A stretch of DNA of 63,095 nucleotides, filler included, from Vannella sp. (lineage: Eukaryota): assembly GCA_023345925.1 (NCBI GenBank). It is 8 parts of 8 records of this genome, joined end to end, with 100 filler letters (N's around TTAATTAATTAA, not from the genome) between each part and the next. Parts side by side here need not be neighbours in the genome. Positions count along the whole stretch, not along the records: positions 13,486 to 23,010 come from JAJQQN010000739.1; positions 23,111 to 34,103 come from JAJQQN010001093.1; 6 more parts are not named here. One strand, 5' to 3'. The notes under the pieces are model-generated. The model searched no databases, had not been told where the DNA came from, and saw nothing but the letters and a program-made list of their open reading frames with translations. The translations under genes and the position numbers were made by a program. Shown piece by piece: positions 19,185 to 31,500 of the stretch; within the stretch, counting starts at the first letter, position 1; every line of letters starts with the position of its first letter.

Positions 19185-22100
19185 ATGCTCGGGCGTAGGT
19201 GGTTGCCTCTCTTGGTGCCCTTCTTGTTGGCGGCTACTCTTGCTGAATGTCCCAGTGAAGTTCTCCCCATTGGACAAGGGCAGATCTCTGGAAGCACCAA
19301 TAGTGTTCTGAGTAACCAAACAACGGTTTCCATTCTGGGCAGCGACCTCCTTTGCACTTCCTCCAATCGATTCAGCCGGGCTGTGGCTTACTTGTACACG
19401 CCTCCTCATCGTGGGCTCCACACTCTCATCTCAGTCTGTGAGTCACCCCACGGAGGGTCAATCGGAATGGAGTTTTATGCTGTTTACCGCAATTGCAGCC
19501 TTAATGGATGTCCTGCGTTCCAAACTCTTCCATGCAGTGCCAACTACCCGAACCGTGAAGCGTATCCTCTGCAGCAAAGTGGCTCCAGCTTCTTGATCTT
19601 CGTCCAGGAAGCAGGCCCGCTTCCCATCACCTTCAATCTTCGTGTTCAAGAGGTCCCTTTGTGCCCTTCCATTTCCTTCTTAAGCGGTGTGTCTCAGCTG
19701 TCTGGAACCATATCCAACTCGTTGTTCTTTGTGGAAGAGTACGGACTCCCCAACTGCTTCCCTGGCCTGGACTTGGTTCTTCAGTTCTTCCGCTTCTCTC
19801 CCAAAGAGAATCACAGAGAGCTTCTGGTAACCTTGCCATCAATCACTGTTGATGCAGCTGTTGTCTTCATCCACGGCGCATGTGATTCCCGGCCAACGTG
19901 CACCGATGCCGTCTTCCATTTCTCTCGTGGTGGACCTCGTCCTCGACTCCCTCGCGCCACTTTTCTTGCTGGAGAGGACCTTTTGGTCGCCATTCTAGTC
20001 GCTGATCCTCTCAATGCCGTGTCCTCCTTCAGCTCGATGTTCAACATTGAAGAAGTCATCCCTTTGGTCGACAATCTGGTTTGCCAAGACGCTTTGAAGG
20101 TGCAGCCTGGTGTCTTGTATGTTGAGGGCATCTCTCCCAAAGCTTTTCGTGTCAATCATAGCAAGTCTCTCCCCTGTACGGAAGACTTCCAAGGGCTGGC
20201 GTACTTCTTCAAGCACACCATTCAAGGCCCCACTCGCTTCTCTGGTTGCATTCATGACCTAGTTGGTGTGAATCCCAATGATCTGATTGGAGCTTCCATC
20301 GCTTTGTACACTGGCGATTGTGACAACCTGCAATGCTTCCTTCCTTCGGAGGCCAAGATCTGTTCTAACAAACCTTCCAGCTTCCTCTCTGGACAGTACT
20401 ATGATGTTCTCAATGCTCCTATTGGAACCTCTATTACAATTGCAGTGTATGGTCCTCTCGCTGCAGGCATAACTGGAGAGTTCTCTTTCAAAACCGATTT
20501 GATCTTTCCTCCCTTGAATGATGATTGCGGCCGGGCCTTGCCAATCACCAACAACGTGGTTGTCGGGGGAGACTTGCGCCTTGTTCAACATTTTAACTCT
20601 TACACTTATGGGTTTGGGCCTTTCCCCATTCCTGCTCTCTGGTACAAGTATGTCTCCACTCTTGCTTCCAGCTCCATCTATGCTACACTTTGCCTCGATG
20701 CTGTGAATTACCCAAAAGTGTCCATTGTCCCCAGTTACTTCTGCGCTAGCTTGACTGTTCTCCCAAAAAACTCTCAAAATGGATGCTGGCCTGGATCTGA
20801 AGCTTCTATCACCTCAGAATGGCCAGGAACAGAATTCTTGGTCTCTGTTTACAATCCCTACAGCCCTTATGCGAACCATTTTCAGTTGTTGTTAGAAGAG
20901 CGATCGTCGGTCCCCAATTGTGGAGAAGTGAGAGAACTGACTGCCAACCGTACTTTTACTCAAACAACAGATACTTCGAGTTTCTTGCCATTCAACCTCA
21001 TTTTATGTGCTCCCGATGCCTCTGTACCAATTTCTGGGCTCAGTGACTTTACCACTCTTTTCAAGTTCATAACCGATGGCACAAGCAGTCACGCACTTTT
21101 CAGTGCCTGTACAAGGAACCTCGGACCATTTGATACCGAAATTTCGAATCGAGTCGCTGTTTACTGGGAACTTACTGGGAACTGCAGTGCGTTCCAGTGC
21201 TACAGTTCGACGGCATCTTGTATGGTCCTGGTGGAAGGCCTTCCTCCCTTTTCAACTGTATACGCAGCAGTCTTCGCTGTTGGTATTGCACAGATCGTAG
21301 TGTCAGAGTTTACACCTCCTGACTCAGGCTACACCTGCCAAACTGCCATTCGACTTGCAAATGGCATTCCAACTACTGGAAACACATCTGCTTCTCCTAT
21401 TAACACCGACCCCAACTTCAATGAGACTGTGTCTGGAAAGATTGTTGTGTTTCACTACAAAGTTGAAGGTCAGGACAACAGTATTCGCATAACTACATGC
21501 GGATCTCCCACTCCAGTGAACAGTATCTACACTTTTCAGGGACAATGTGGCACCCTGACCTCAATCAGGCAACTTTATGGAAATACTCTCGGCTCCTGCA
21601 TCGGTGGAGTTGACATTTTTCTGGACAATTTGCTACAGGGCACTGATCTGTATTTGGTAGTGAGCACCAGTTTTGGTCTCGCAGACGGCCTATTCTTCCT
21701 TCAAGTAAGCGAGTTCCAACAAGCTCAATACGAAGGAGTAGAAAAAGATCTTTATCCTTGCATTAACGCCACACCAATCAAACTTGGACAGTCAGCTCAA
21801 GGACTCCCTTTTGGGACAAACAAGTTACAAAATGTTCCAGGAGTTGACTTGACCTCTTGTAATGACTTTGACCTCACCTCACCCATTCAGATGTTCGCTT
21901 TCGTTGTAACCAATCGTAACTCCTGGATTGACATCAGCACTTGCGACAAATCATCAAGAAATACTGCGATTAGCGTGTACTCGGGATCTTGCGAGAGTTT
22001 GACCTGCGAGCCTTCAAATTCCCAATCGTGTGGGAGCCAAAAAAAAGTACACTTCGGCCTTCATGCATTTCCAGAAGGCACAACTCTTCACATTGGGGTT

Positions 22101-23010
22101 CAATCAGCTTTCGAAGGAAATAGAGGGGTTCCAAGCTCTCCTTTCACTCTAAGTATCAAGGAACTATACTTTAACTCGTCCTGTGATGTACCGCACACCC
22201 TACTTATGGGAGAAACCGTGGAGGGTACCGTCCTTTATAGCTTTTCTAGATTGATTGAAGATCTCCCAGTCTGTGGTGTGAATCGCTCAGACTGGAATGC
22301 AGAATTCTTTGAGATGGCCGTCCCTCCAAACTCTGTCGGATTCAGCATTGACACTTGTGGACCTCATACGAACACGAATATGTCTGTTATGGTCTATGAC
22401 TCATCTGAAGGTTGTAACAAACTTGTGTGTCTTGGGTCAGGATCAACGGACTGCTCTGCAGATTTGCTTATAGTGCCTGCTCTTGTACCCACCAAGTTAT
22501 TGATTGTTATTGCCTCTCGCCTCGACCTCTTTTACTCAATTTCAGATGATTTCCAAATTCTCGTGAAACCAGCCATCCAGACAAACAACGGAACTTGCCA
22601 GAATAGTGTGGAGGTCTTTTCTGGATCCACTATTGAAGGCAACACTCTTGGTTCCCCCTCCCTAGCATCTGGACTGCCCTTGTGCGGATATCCTTACAAC
22701 TCCCCTGTTTCCTTTTTCAATTTCATAGTGCAAGACAGTACTGCATCTGTAACATTCTCTACTTGCGGCACGTCTGGATTAGATACTTATTTGTCTCTCT
22801 ATAGAGGAGATTGCCAAAACTTGGAGTGCATCCTGGAGAATGACGACACCCCTGAATGCGGGACATCAGCAAGCGTTCGCCTCCATCTTTACTCTTACCT
22901 TCCAGGAACTCTCCTCACGCTTGCAGTGTATGGCTTTGGGGATGCTGTTGGTCCATTCAAATTGGGGGTGACTACCACACCGTTGGGCAACAATTCTGAT
23001 TGCCTCTCCG
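19185..23010 (+). CDS. Large secreted Cys-rich protein of about 9-10 tandem ~135-aa beta-sandwich-like modules; 3' truncated
   Basis: Signal peptide MLGRRWLPLLVPFLLAATLA. Repeat starts include NLVCQDA, NDDCGRA, GYTCQTA, YPCINAT, NSSCDVP, NGTCQNS and NSDCLS, with recurring [IF]x[ST]C and Y-x-G-x-C-x-x-L-x-C motifs. Confidence 0.75.
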
Positions 23011-23110
23011 NNNNNNNNNNNNNNNNNNNNNNNNNNNNNNNNNNNNNNNNNNNNTTAATTAATTAANNNNNNNNNNNNNNNNNNNNNNNNNNNNNNNNNN
23101 NNNNNNNNNN
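23011..23110. other. Artificial contig spacer
   Basis: N44-TTAATTAATTAA-N44. Confidence 0.99.
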
Positions 23111-23325
23111 AATACGTTGCAGTCCACAGCCACCTGTAAGCAAGTCCAGTTGCGCTTTAGCAAGCCGCTCTTTCCCTCCCCGACTTCCAGCTGTTTATCC
23201 AAGGGCTGGCGGTAGTTCGTGTCTGCACCAGCTTCAATCAACTCAAAGCATTGAAACTCGTCTATCTGCTTAATCGCCATGAACAGGTCTTCCCCCAACT
23301 GGGAGGGAGACAACCCCACGTCCAT
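23111..23325 (-). CDS. Ankyrin-repeat protein N-terminus, truncated
   Basis: DLFMAIK...ELIEAGADTNY...WTCLQVAV is an ankyrin-like pattern. Confidence 0.6.
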
Positions 23326-23383
23326 CGCGCCACCAAAATATGACTTGGAAGCCCCTTTATTGAAGGGCACTCTCGGTACAGAG

Positions 23384-24311
23384 CTACTCTGTACCAAAGT
23401 AGCGGTCTCCAAACTCCTGTCCGCCAGCAGGTGAGGAGGAATCCTTCTTGTGAGGGAAAGGAACATACTCCTATGCCCGGCAGGCAAACTCCCGTCTTGG
23501 AGAGTGTTTCATCGATCTCAGCAGTGACGATGGTGATCTTGGGGAAGCGTTTGCTGTACGACTTGATCCCTAAGGACAGGGAGAGTGAGTCTTTCATGAA
23601 ACTCGGGAAAACACAGTCTAGTGGGACTAGCTTGACCTGACAGAGATGGACGAACCTTGTGGTGCTGCAATGAGGTTGAGAAAGAGGATGTTCTCCTCCT
23701 TCACGCCGTGGTCAAGCAGAACTCGCGTTGCTGCGATTACACTCGATCCTGTGGCCAGCATTGGGTCCAGTAAGAGTACCCGGCGCTCAGCAATGTCTGG
23801 AGGGAACTTGGCGTACACAAACTGGACTCCCTCTTGAGGTCAGACGCACGAGAGGTGGAAAAGGGGGCGAACTTACGCGTGTGCCTCCTTCTGGCTCTTT
23901 CTGGATGAGGATCTTGCCAATGCGGATCTTCTTGCACACTTGGCGGAGTCCTGCCTCCATGCTTTCTCCAGAACGGATCATACTGACACCGCAGATGCGA
24001 GATTGGATCTGTAAGCCCTCATATTGCTCTCCAGAAGGTGTGATGACTGTCTTTGGACTGAACTCCAAGTAACTGAGTCCTTCTTCAATCAACAAGCGTA
24101 TCAGACGGTCCGAGTTGAAGATAAACTGGCCCCTTGGGACTCTTGAGACCTTCTCTACTCTGCATTACTCCTCCTACCTTGTCTGTTCTCGATCCCGAAT
24201 GCTTGTCATCAACTCCTTCAAGTGTGGGGTCATCTTCAGCACATGCAGCTGAGGATAAGCCTCTGTATCGAGATCCTTCCTGCCATCCTGCCCCTCTGCC
24301 ACCCCAGCCAT
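23384..24311 (-). CDS. UPRT: Uracil phosphoribosyltransferase, multi-exon
   Basis: SDRLIRLLIEEGL, GVSMIRSGESME, IRIGKILIQ, PRPP-binding VLLLDPMLATGSS and C-terminal PGIG/EFGDRYFGTE*. Confidence 0.95.
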
Positions 24312-24460
24312 ACAAACAATAATTATTTCCATATGAGATAACAATGATATGATTCAAGAGCGTTGGAGAGTTCTACGGAAGAGGGTGAAATGTGAAAGCG
24401 GGAACTTGCCTTAAAAGGAGAGTCTTCGTTGGTGTTCTTTGTTGGCTTCGCTTGGCTAAC

Positions 24461-25887
24461 ATGCTGAGAAGCTCTGCTCACCTTCTGCGATCTGTTACTC
24501 GTGTAGGAGGACATCTTTGGGAGGGAAGAGGGCTGTATCTGATATGGGAGGGTTTAGGGCCAACTCCAAGTTGTGACTTCGATTCGTTCTCAAAGCGTAG
24601 GTGGAGAAGGTTCTTTTAGTGGGTTGCTGATGGATGGAGGGTGCAGGTGACTATCCGAGAGGCGCTTAACATGGCTATTGATGAGGAGATGACACGCGAC
24701 CAGGACGTCTTCGTGATGGGAGAGGAAGTTGCGCGATACCAAGGTGCCTACAAGGTGCGAAGCCATCCTTCCTTAAGAACCAAAGGATGGACTAACTTGG
24801 ACCCTCTAGGTTACCAAGGGCCTCCTGGAGAAGCACGGAGAGAAGCGAGTGATCGACACACCCATTACTGAGGCTGGCTTTGCTGGTATTGGTGTGGGAG
24901 CTGCTATGTCTGGCACTCGCCCTATCATTGAATTCATGACGATGAACTTTGCTCTTCAAGTGAGTTACACTGGACCGGAGTACCTCCTTCTCCCCTTCCA
25001 CCTCTCCTCTTGTGCTTGTCCTCTTCAGAGATAGAGATGGGAGGCTCATGATGGAGATATCTCATTATCATTGATTTATCGTGATGTACGTGGACTCACT
25101 CAGCAGTTCTAGGCGATCGACCACATCATCAACTCGGCCGCTAAGATCCTTTACATGTCTGGAGGCACCACCAAGTGCCCCATCGTATTCCGTGGACCTA
25201 ATGGACCACCACGAGGTGTTGGTGCTCAGCACTCTCAGTGCTTTGCGGCCTGGTACGGTTCTGTGCCCGGTTTGAAAGTCCTCGCCCCTTGGAACGCAGA
25301 CGACGCGAAGGGCTTGCTGAAGGCTGCCATTCGGGATGATAACCCCGTTGTATTCCTTGAGAACGAGATCCTTTACAATGAGACCTTCGAGCTGTCGAAG
25401 GAGGCCCAGTCTCCCGACTTCGTCCTGCCCATTGGCAAGGCCAAGGTTGAGCGTGAAGGCAAGGACCTCACAATCGTTACCTTCCAGCGAATGGTTGGTG
25501 AGTCCCTCAAAGCCGCTGTCGAGCTGGAGAAGGAAGGCATCTCTGTCGAAGTGATCAACCTCCGATCCATTCGCCCCTTGGATGTGGACACCATCATTGC
25601 TTCAGTGAAGAAGACCAACCGCCTTATGACTGTTGAGGAAGGCTGGCCCGCCTTTGGCGTTGGCGCTGAGATCTCTGCCCTTGCGATGGAGCGTACGTTC
25701 CCTTCTCCTCCTCCTTGACACTAGTCGGTGACTCACTGATGACACAGATCTCTTTGATCACCTGGATGCCCCCGTTGAGCGTGTGACTGGTTCTGATGTG
25801 CCAATGCCTTACTCGAAGGGTCTGGAGGCGCTCTGCATGGTGGAGCAGAAGAACATCATCAACGCTGCTCGGCGTGTGTGTGCTTAA
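24461..25887 (+). CDS. PDHB: Pyruvate dehydrogenase E1 beta subunit, mitochondrial, multi-exon
   Basis: Transit peptide [11 protein letters not shown], then [46 protein letters not shown] and [17 protein letters not shown]. Confidence 0.96.
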
Positions 25888-25936
25888 GAGTCCTTTACCC
25901 CATAAACTAGTTCACAAAGAGAGACAGCGAACACCT

Positions 25937-28372
25937 TTAAAGCGGCGCTTCACACAGCGCCGTGCACACTTCCGCACTTGCTGAGCTGCTCAGATAGTGC
26001 AAGAACCGCCTCCGCTGCTCTGCCATTCGCCTTTCCCTCTCATGCAAGCAGATTCTAACGCCCTTTCATGTCAGGAGCGACCACAAGGGAAGAGAAACAG
26101 AGATAAAGGGAGAGAAGAGGGAAAGAGAGAAGAGGAAGAGAGAGAAGGGAGAGCAGAGAAGAGAGGGAAACTGACATCCGCAAGAAACTGGCGTATTCTG
26201 ATGAGGGCTGGCGTCCCAAGGCCCAATAGCGGGGATGGATGGCTCCTAAGGAGGTGGCAATGCGACTGTGATTGTTTTGTGCCATACTAAACAAGGTCAA
26301 AAACGGGAATGGGGCAAACAACAAAGAGATCCTCACCTCTCCGTTGTCAGCGTGTGGAACTCGATATCCAGACTGGATTGGATGGAATACTGGCGCGGAA
26401 GGTAGTAGGAGAAGCAGAGACCGTGCGATAAGACTCTAATGTCTTCCATAAGCCGAGAGGCCGAGTTTGGAATGTCTTCCAAGGTTGAGTGGATTTCCGG
26501 CTCTTCCTCAGGAGAGGGACACCGAAGGAAGTCAGAGTGCGTGTACGTGAACGAGCTCCCTCTTCTTTGGGGCTGTGATTCGTAGGCCTCGAGGGAGTAA
26601 TGGCGGGAGTGCCAATGATCAGTGGCACTGAGGTGCTCCAGGGCACCACTGATGTCGAGGAGCTGTTCTAAAGCCCTCCTTTTAGTGACTGGCTGTTCTT
26701 TCTGAATGAAAGGCTGCAATGGGAGACAAGTGAGTAAGACAGTTTCCTTCAAATGGGCGAATTCCATTTGTTCGAGGGATTGGCAGAATTGAAGGCGAGA
26801 GAAAGTGGGTTGATGCGTTCCACATATCAGAGAGAGGAGGTTCTGCTTCGGCCCACTTTGGTGCCAAAACTGCAAATTCAAGAGAATCCGGCGTTGGTCG
26901 TACCGAAGGTATTTGCATACTCGAAGGAGCTCCGGTAAGTCAGGAAAGTCTTGAAACTCAGCTAAACACACCAACAGCAGGTGCCTTTCAAGCTGAAGCT
27001 GGTAAAGAGGCCCATTGTGAGGAGTTACTCGCTGGCAGAGGATAGAAGGACGATTCTGGAACTCTGCAGGAATCCGCGAGCAAGTCATGACGATGGGCTG
27101 TTTCGTTTTTTCTATGAGTTGAAGGAGAGCGGGGTAAAACGTGGCCTCATCAGGAAAACGCACGTCGAGATCTTCAAAAAGGAGGATCTTATGGGTCTCG
27201 GAAGGTACTGCTGAGTTGCTTTGCAGTGAAAGATGCTTTGATTGTGTGGCCTCCTGTAGAGAATGGACAAGACGAGCAGAGCGGAAGTCCGCGCTGTTAA
27301 CTTCCACAACTTTCAAGTCCGTTTGTTGTGCTAAGCAATGAACAAGGCTGGACTTGCCCCTGGAGTCAGGGGCATGAAGAAGAAGTGCACGGAATGGAAG
27401 ATACTCATCCATAGCATCTTCCGTAAGCTCATCACTGCCGCTTGTATTAGAAAGGAGCCAATTGTGCGCCTGCTCAGCAACAGGAGGACTGCTGAAGAAC
27501 TCTGACAGCTTTTGTGGACCATAGCGTTCCGTCCATTGGTGGTAGTCATTCCCTGCTTCAGATGAAGAGCTACGGGAGTAGTAGCGCTCATGAAAGAACT
27601 CCAAAAGGGCCGAGTCAGTCATGGGAGGGCTCGAATGACATTGCTGTTGTAGTTGCTCCTGGATCGCTCGTAAGTGAGGCAAATAGTCCTCCAGAGGTAT
27701 AATAAAGGCTTCCAAAGCCTCTCCCGTGGCAGAGTGTCTTCGGGAAGTGACTGGCTGGGAGGCAAGAACTTCACTTTGTGTTCTCGTGGTTGGGCGGTAG
27801 TACAGTCCAATGGGACTTATGAACTGATAGAGATCTTCTTCTTCATCACGGGAATCGCTTGATTGTGCCGCGCGCCCAACAGAGAAGTGACCTGACACTG
27901 GTAAGGTCGAGACTAGTTCCTTCCAAGCGGGAATGTGGACAGGAGGGAGCGCTTCGTGGATGTCTGTTGGCTTTGTTTCAAAGAACGTTGTCTCTTGATG
28001 ATCGTGATCTACTGTAGCATGCTCGCTGTGGGTTATCGAGGGAGAACGAACGAAGAAAGGGTGAAGCTCGCCCACGGAGGAGGTCCGGTCTGCCACGATC
28101 TGGTTGAAAGAAGCCGCTTGCTCATAGTTTGTGGGAAGAGAAGAGTTTCCCTCCTTTGCCTTGCCTACCATGAAGCAGGCCAGCGGGGGAATGCGACTAA
28201 CCTTCGCCCGAGACACTTTCTTCTTCTTTGGAGGCGATTCCGGCACCCGCACGGGCCCACTAACGAACGCAAGAGTCTTCTGTCTTTTCTTCGCACCCCC
28301 CACAGCCTCATCAGACGCTTCCTGAAGCCGAACAGGGCGAGTTCGCTTCCTCAAAGTGCGCGCCTCTTCCAT
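25937..28372 (-). CDS. ATAD5: ATAD5/Elg1-like RFC clamp-unloader subunit
   Basis: WTERYGP, degenerate Walker A HAPDSRGKS, VEVNSADFRS, ILLFEDLD and KTKQPIVMTC; the last exon encodes RRFLHYL, as in the ATAD5 C-terminus. Confidence 0.8.
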
Positions 28373-28380
28373 CTTCTCCG

Positions 28381-28511
28381 TTCCCGCCAACAAATGACTT
28401 TCGCTTGATCCGTTCTCTTTGTACTTCTATTGCAATCAACGTATCGAGAGGAGAGACCTTGCAAACCAGGGAGGGCTTCAGCAGAGGAAGGGAGCGGAGG
28501 AGGGCGGGAAA
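28381..28511. promoter_or_regulatory. Two E2F-like sites in the ~160-bp bidirectional promoter of ATAD5 and the Clu gene
   Basis: TTCCCGCCAA at 28381-28390 and GGCGGGAAA at 28503-28511 resemble the TTTSSCGC-type E2F consensus, upstream of a DNA-replication gene. Confidence 0.5.
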
Positions 28512-28532
28512 TTACTTTTTCTCCTTCGGGAG

Positions 28533-31500
28533 ATGGTGGAGCTGCGCGAGACGAGTTGTGTTCCCATGATGGATGAGTTGTCGGGGTATGCGGATGCGTC
28601 GGAGTACTGGGAGACGCAGGAGGTATCGGTGGAGCAGGATCGCGGTGTCTCCTTGGCTCCTCCACCAGATGGGGCGCCCTTCCTCAGTGGATATGCATCA
28701 GTTGAGATACTCGGTACAGGGATACCTATCACCTCTCAACGCGAGCGCTTTGCTGCTTCACAGGGCTCTAACCGTCCTTCTACACCGTTCCGAAGTCTCC
28801 CTTCTCTCTTTAGCCCCGTCCCTCCTTCCCCTCCGTCCCCAAGCAAGCTCACTCGTAAGTCATCAACGACTATAACCTCCTCACCACGCGCTAAGAAGGC
28901 TCCACGCCAAGAAGTTCGAGCTTCTCACTCTCGGCGCCTCTCGGAGTACTCCCCAGCCATGGCTAGCAAGGACTCTGAAGCCTGGAACGAAGAGTTCCAA
29001 GCTGCCATCCACATGTCCGAAGGACGAGAGAAGTGGGAGGCGCTAGCGCGAGTGGCAAGGGACTTTGTGTACTGCAGCAAGACTTACGGGAAGATCATCA
29101 TCTCCGAGCACCTCCTTCCTGATGAACAGAAGACCATACGACCACAACCACTCGGAGGGGTCGGTGGAGGGCTCAAGTACATCTGCTCGGGCATTCTCTT
29201 CAAGTTTGCGGTTGACGTGAAGAAAGAGAGCGACTGGATGTACGGAGGAGCCTCTCCAGACATACTAGGAGCCATGAAAGCTGCTCGCAATGACATGGTA
29301 GGCTTGCTCAGTTACTACAACAGCGGAGTACCCGGCCTTCATTACCCTCTGATGAGCCAAATTGACTTTCGGGGCTTCCGGCTCATTGCGTTGTCCATTC
29401 TCCCGATTGAGGGAGACGTGACGTTAGCTTACGGAAGCCGTGACGGTGGCCGCACGCTGTACTGCCGCCCAGACATTGCAGAGCGGATGCGGGAAGTCGG
29501 GCAGGTCCTGAAACTGAAAGGCCATCCCGTTTGCCATCACCCGCATACGATTTACGGTCCTGGAGACATTGAAGGGCATGAAGGGACAGATGGCAAGTTC
29601 TACGTACTGGATTTCGCGCGCGTTCTCCCGCCGGAGGCTCCCAGACGAGGGCAAGAGCGGAAAGCGTTTTATTGTCTTTTCCGACCAGAGTTTCTGCGGT
29701 CTTATTCTATACCGTTGTCTTCGGATGCTTATACAGTCTTTGGAAGACAGGGGAGGGAGCGCGGAGATAATAGAGAAGTGTATGATGCTACAACACTCCT
29801 CTACAACACTGTTTTGCCGCAATTCGTTCAACAGCAGTTCTCTCATCTTGGGGCGGATGCGGTGGAGACTTACCGACTAACAGAGAGTCTCCATCGAAGT
29901 GGATTAAACTGCCGGCATCTCGGGTGGGTTCGAGAGAACGTTCGCCAACTCGAAGAGAAAGCCGAAGGGGATCTCATTGACTCCTCTTTAGTCAAAAAGT
30001 TCCTGCTCTCTGAGATGCTGGCTCGATTACTGACAACACTCCTTCGGTCAATGCTTCGAAAGTCAATGCTGAGCACTCGAATAGCTGCGCGGGAAGACCC
30101 TTATGTCTCTTTAGTGTATCACTTTCTCGTTGCTGTTATGCAGCCGCCCATGCCTGATCCTCCCGGTGGAGTGGGTTTAGCGTCTTTAGAACGGCTGGAA
30201 GGAATCGAAACAAATCCGGAAAACTTTCCGGACAGCCCAAGTCAGCTCCACGATGGACTCTTTTGGAGTTGGCGGCTGAAAGTGCTTCTCCAGCAGAAGT
30301 TTCCAAAGGCCCTCAGCGACACTGAGTTGCGACAGTTTTCCGACATCCGGCTTTGGGTCAATATGCCGACTGTTTTAGATCGCCTTTGCACTCAATCTGG
30401 GCTTAAATTAGCAAAGCACGCTTTGACTGCCTATCGGGCCAGTCCAGCGACCTTTCAATTGCTAAAGTTTGACCTTCGGAAGGTTTCTGTGCGAGTCCGT
30501 CATATGAATGTGGTGGACGAAGCTGAAGCGAACCTTCTTTTAGCAGAGACTGCAAAGCAGGCTGCTGTCAGACCAGGATTGTGGGCAGCTACTTCCCTCA
30601 AATTTGCTCGTGCTGTTGGTTCTGATACAACGAACTCGCGAACGTTCTTGCGTTGGGGAGAAATGCTCGTCCTTCAGAGTGCCTCTCTTGCAATGGACCG
30701 TCCTACACACCAGTATTGTACTGAGGCGCTAGCAACACTTCAAGAAGCCCATGAGAAATTCACTCGCGCTGAGTCACTCCACGCGAACGCATGGGAAACT
30801 CGATTAGCTAAAGGGAGGATCCAAGCGACGCGGGCCGCCGTTCTTCATCAATTTGCCTCATCTGACTCTGTAGCACTTCGTCAATGGTATCTAAAAGACG
30901 CTGCAGAACAGCTTGCAAGCGCCTTTCAGGCCAATGAGCATTGCTTTCACTTGGTAATGGCAGAGCACGAAACTTTAGTTCACGAAGCCTCTCAGATCAG
31001 AGACGCTGCATTGCACTTGGATCGCCGGACGAAGAAGCTATTCCTTCTGTTAAAGGCGTTCTACTTACTTCGATCAGCTCTTCAAGTCGCCCCGACTCTT
31101 CCCGATGCAGTTCTGTTCTATCGGGGAGGCTTTGCTCTTTGTGAGTATCTGAGGACCACGCTTGATGGTGACGACCACAAAGCCTCTGTTGTCGGAGGAC
31201 GTTCCCGCCTTTCCCGTCGCGAAGGATATGCGAGAACGACGGAAAGTAAAAGTGCCGGAACGGCAGCATTATCTGCCATTCCCCGAAGTCTCTCAGAGCA
31301 TCTGTTCATCGACCAGCACCAGCAATCCTCCAGCAAAGAAGAAGGATTCTTCCTTTCTGCTACAACAGCAGCGTTAGTAGCCGAAGCCGGCTCTCTATTT
31401 GAATGCGGATTCCTGCAAGCTGCGGCGGGCACAGACAGTGAAATGCTTTATACTTTGGCTGATGATGGGCGCCTGCGACCTGCAACTTATTCGGGAAGCT

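Noticed and set aside
23111..23487. UPRT-ankyrin fusion suggested by ORF 23059-23487
   Set aside because: UPRT ends normally at EFGDRYFGTE-TAG (23384), followed by AATAAA and a separate ATG at 23325
27340..27385. Degenerate Walker A (HAPDSRGKS) in ATAD5 as a novelty
   Set aside because: Divergent nucleotide-binding motifs are already known for the Elg1/ATAD5 subunit
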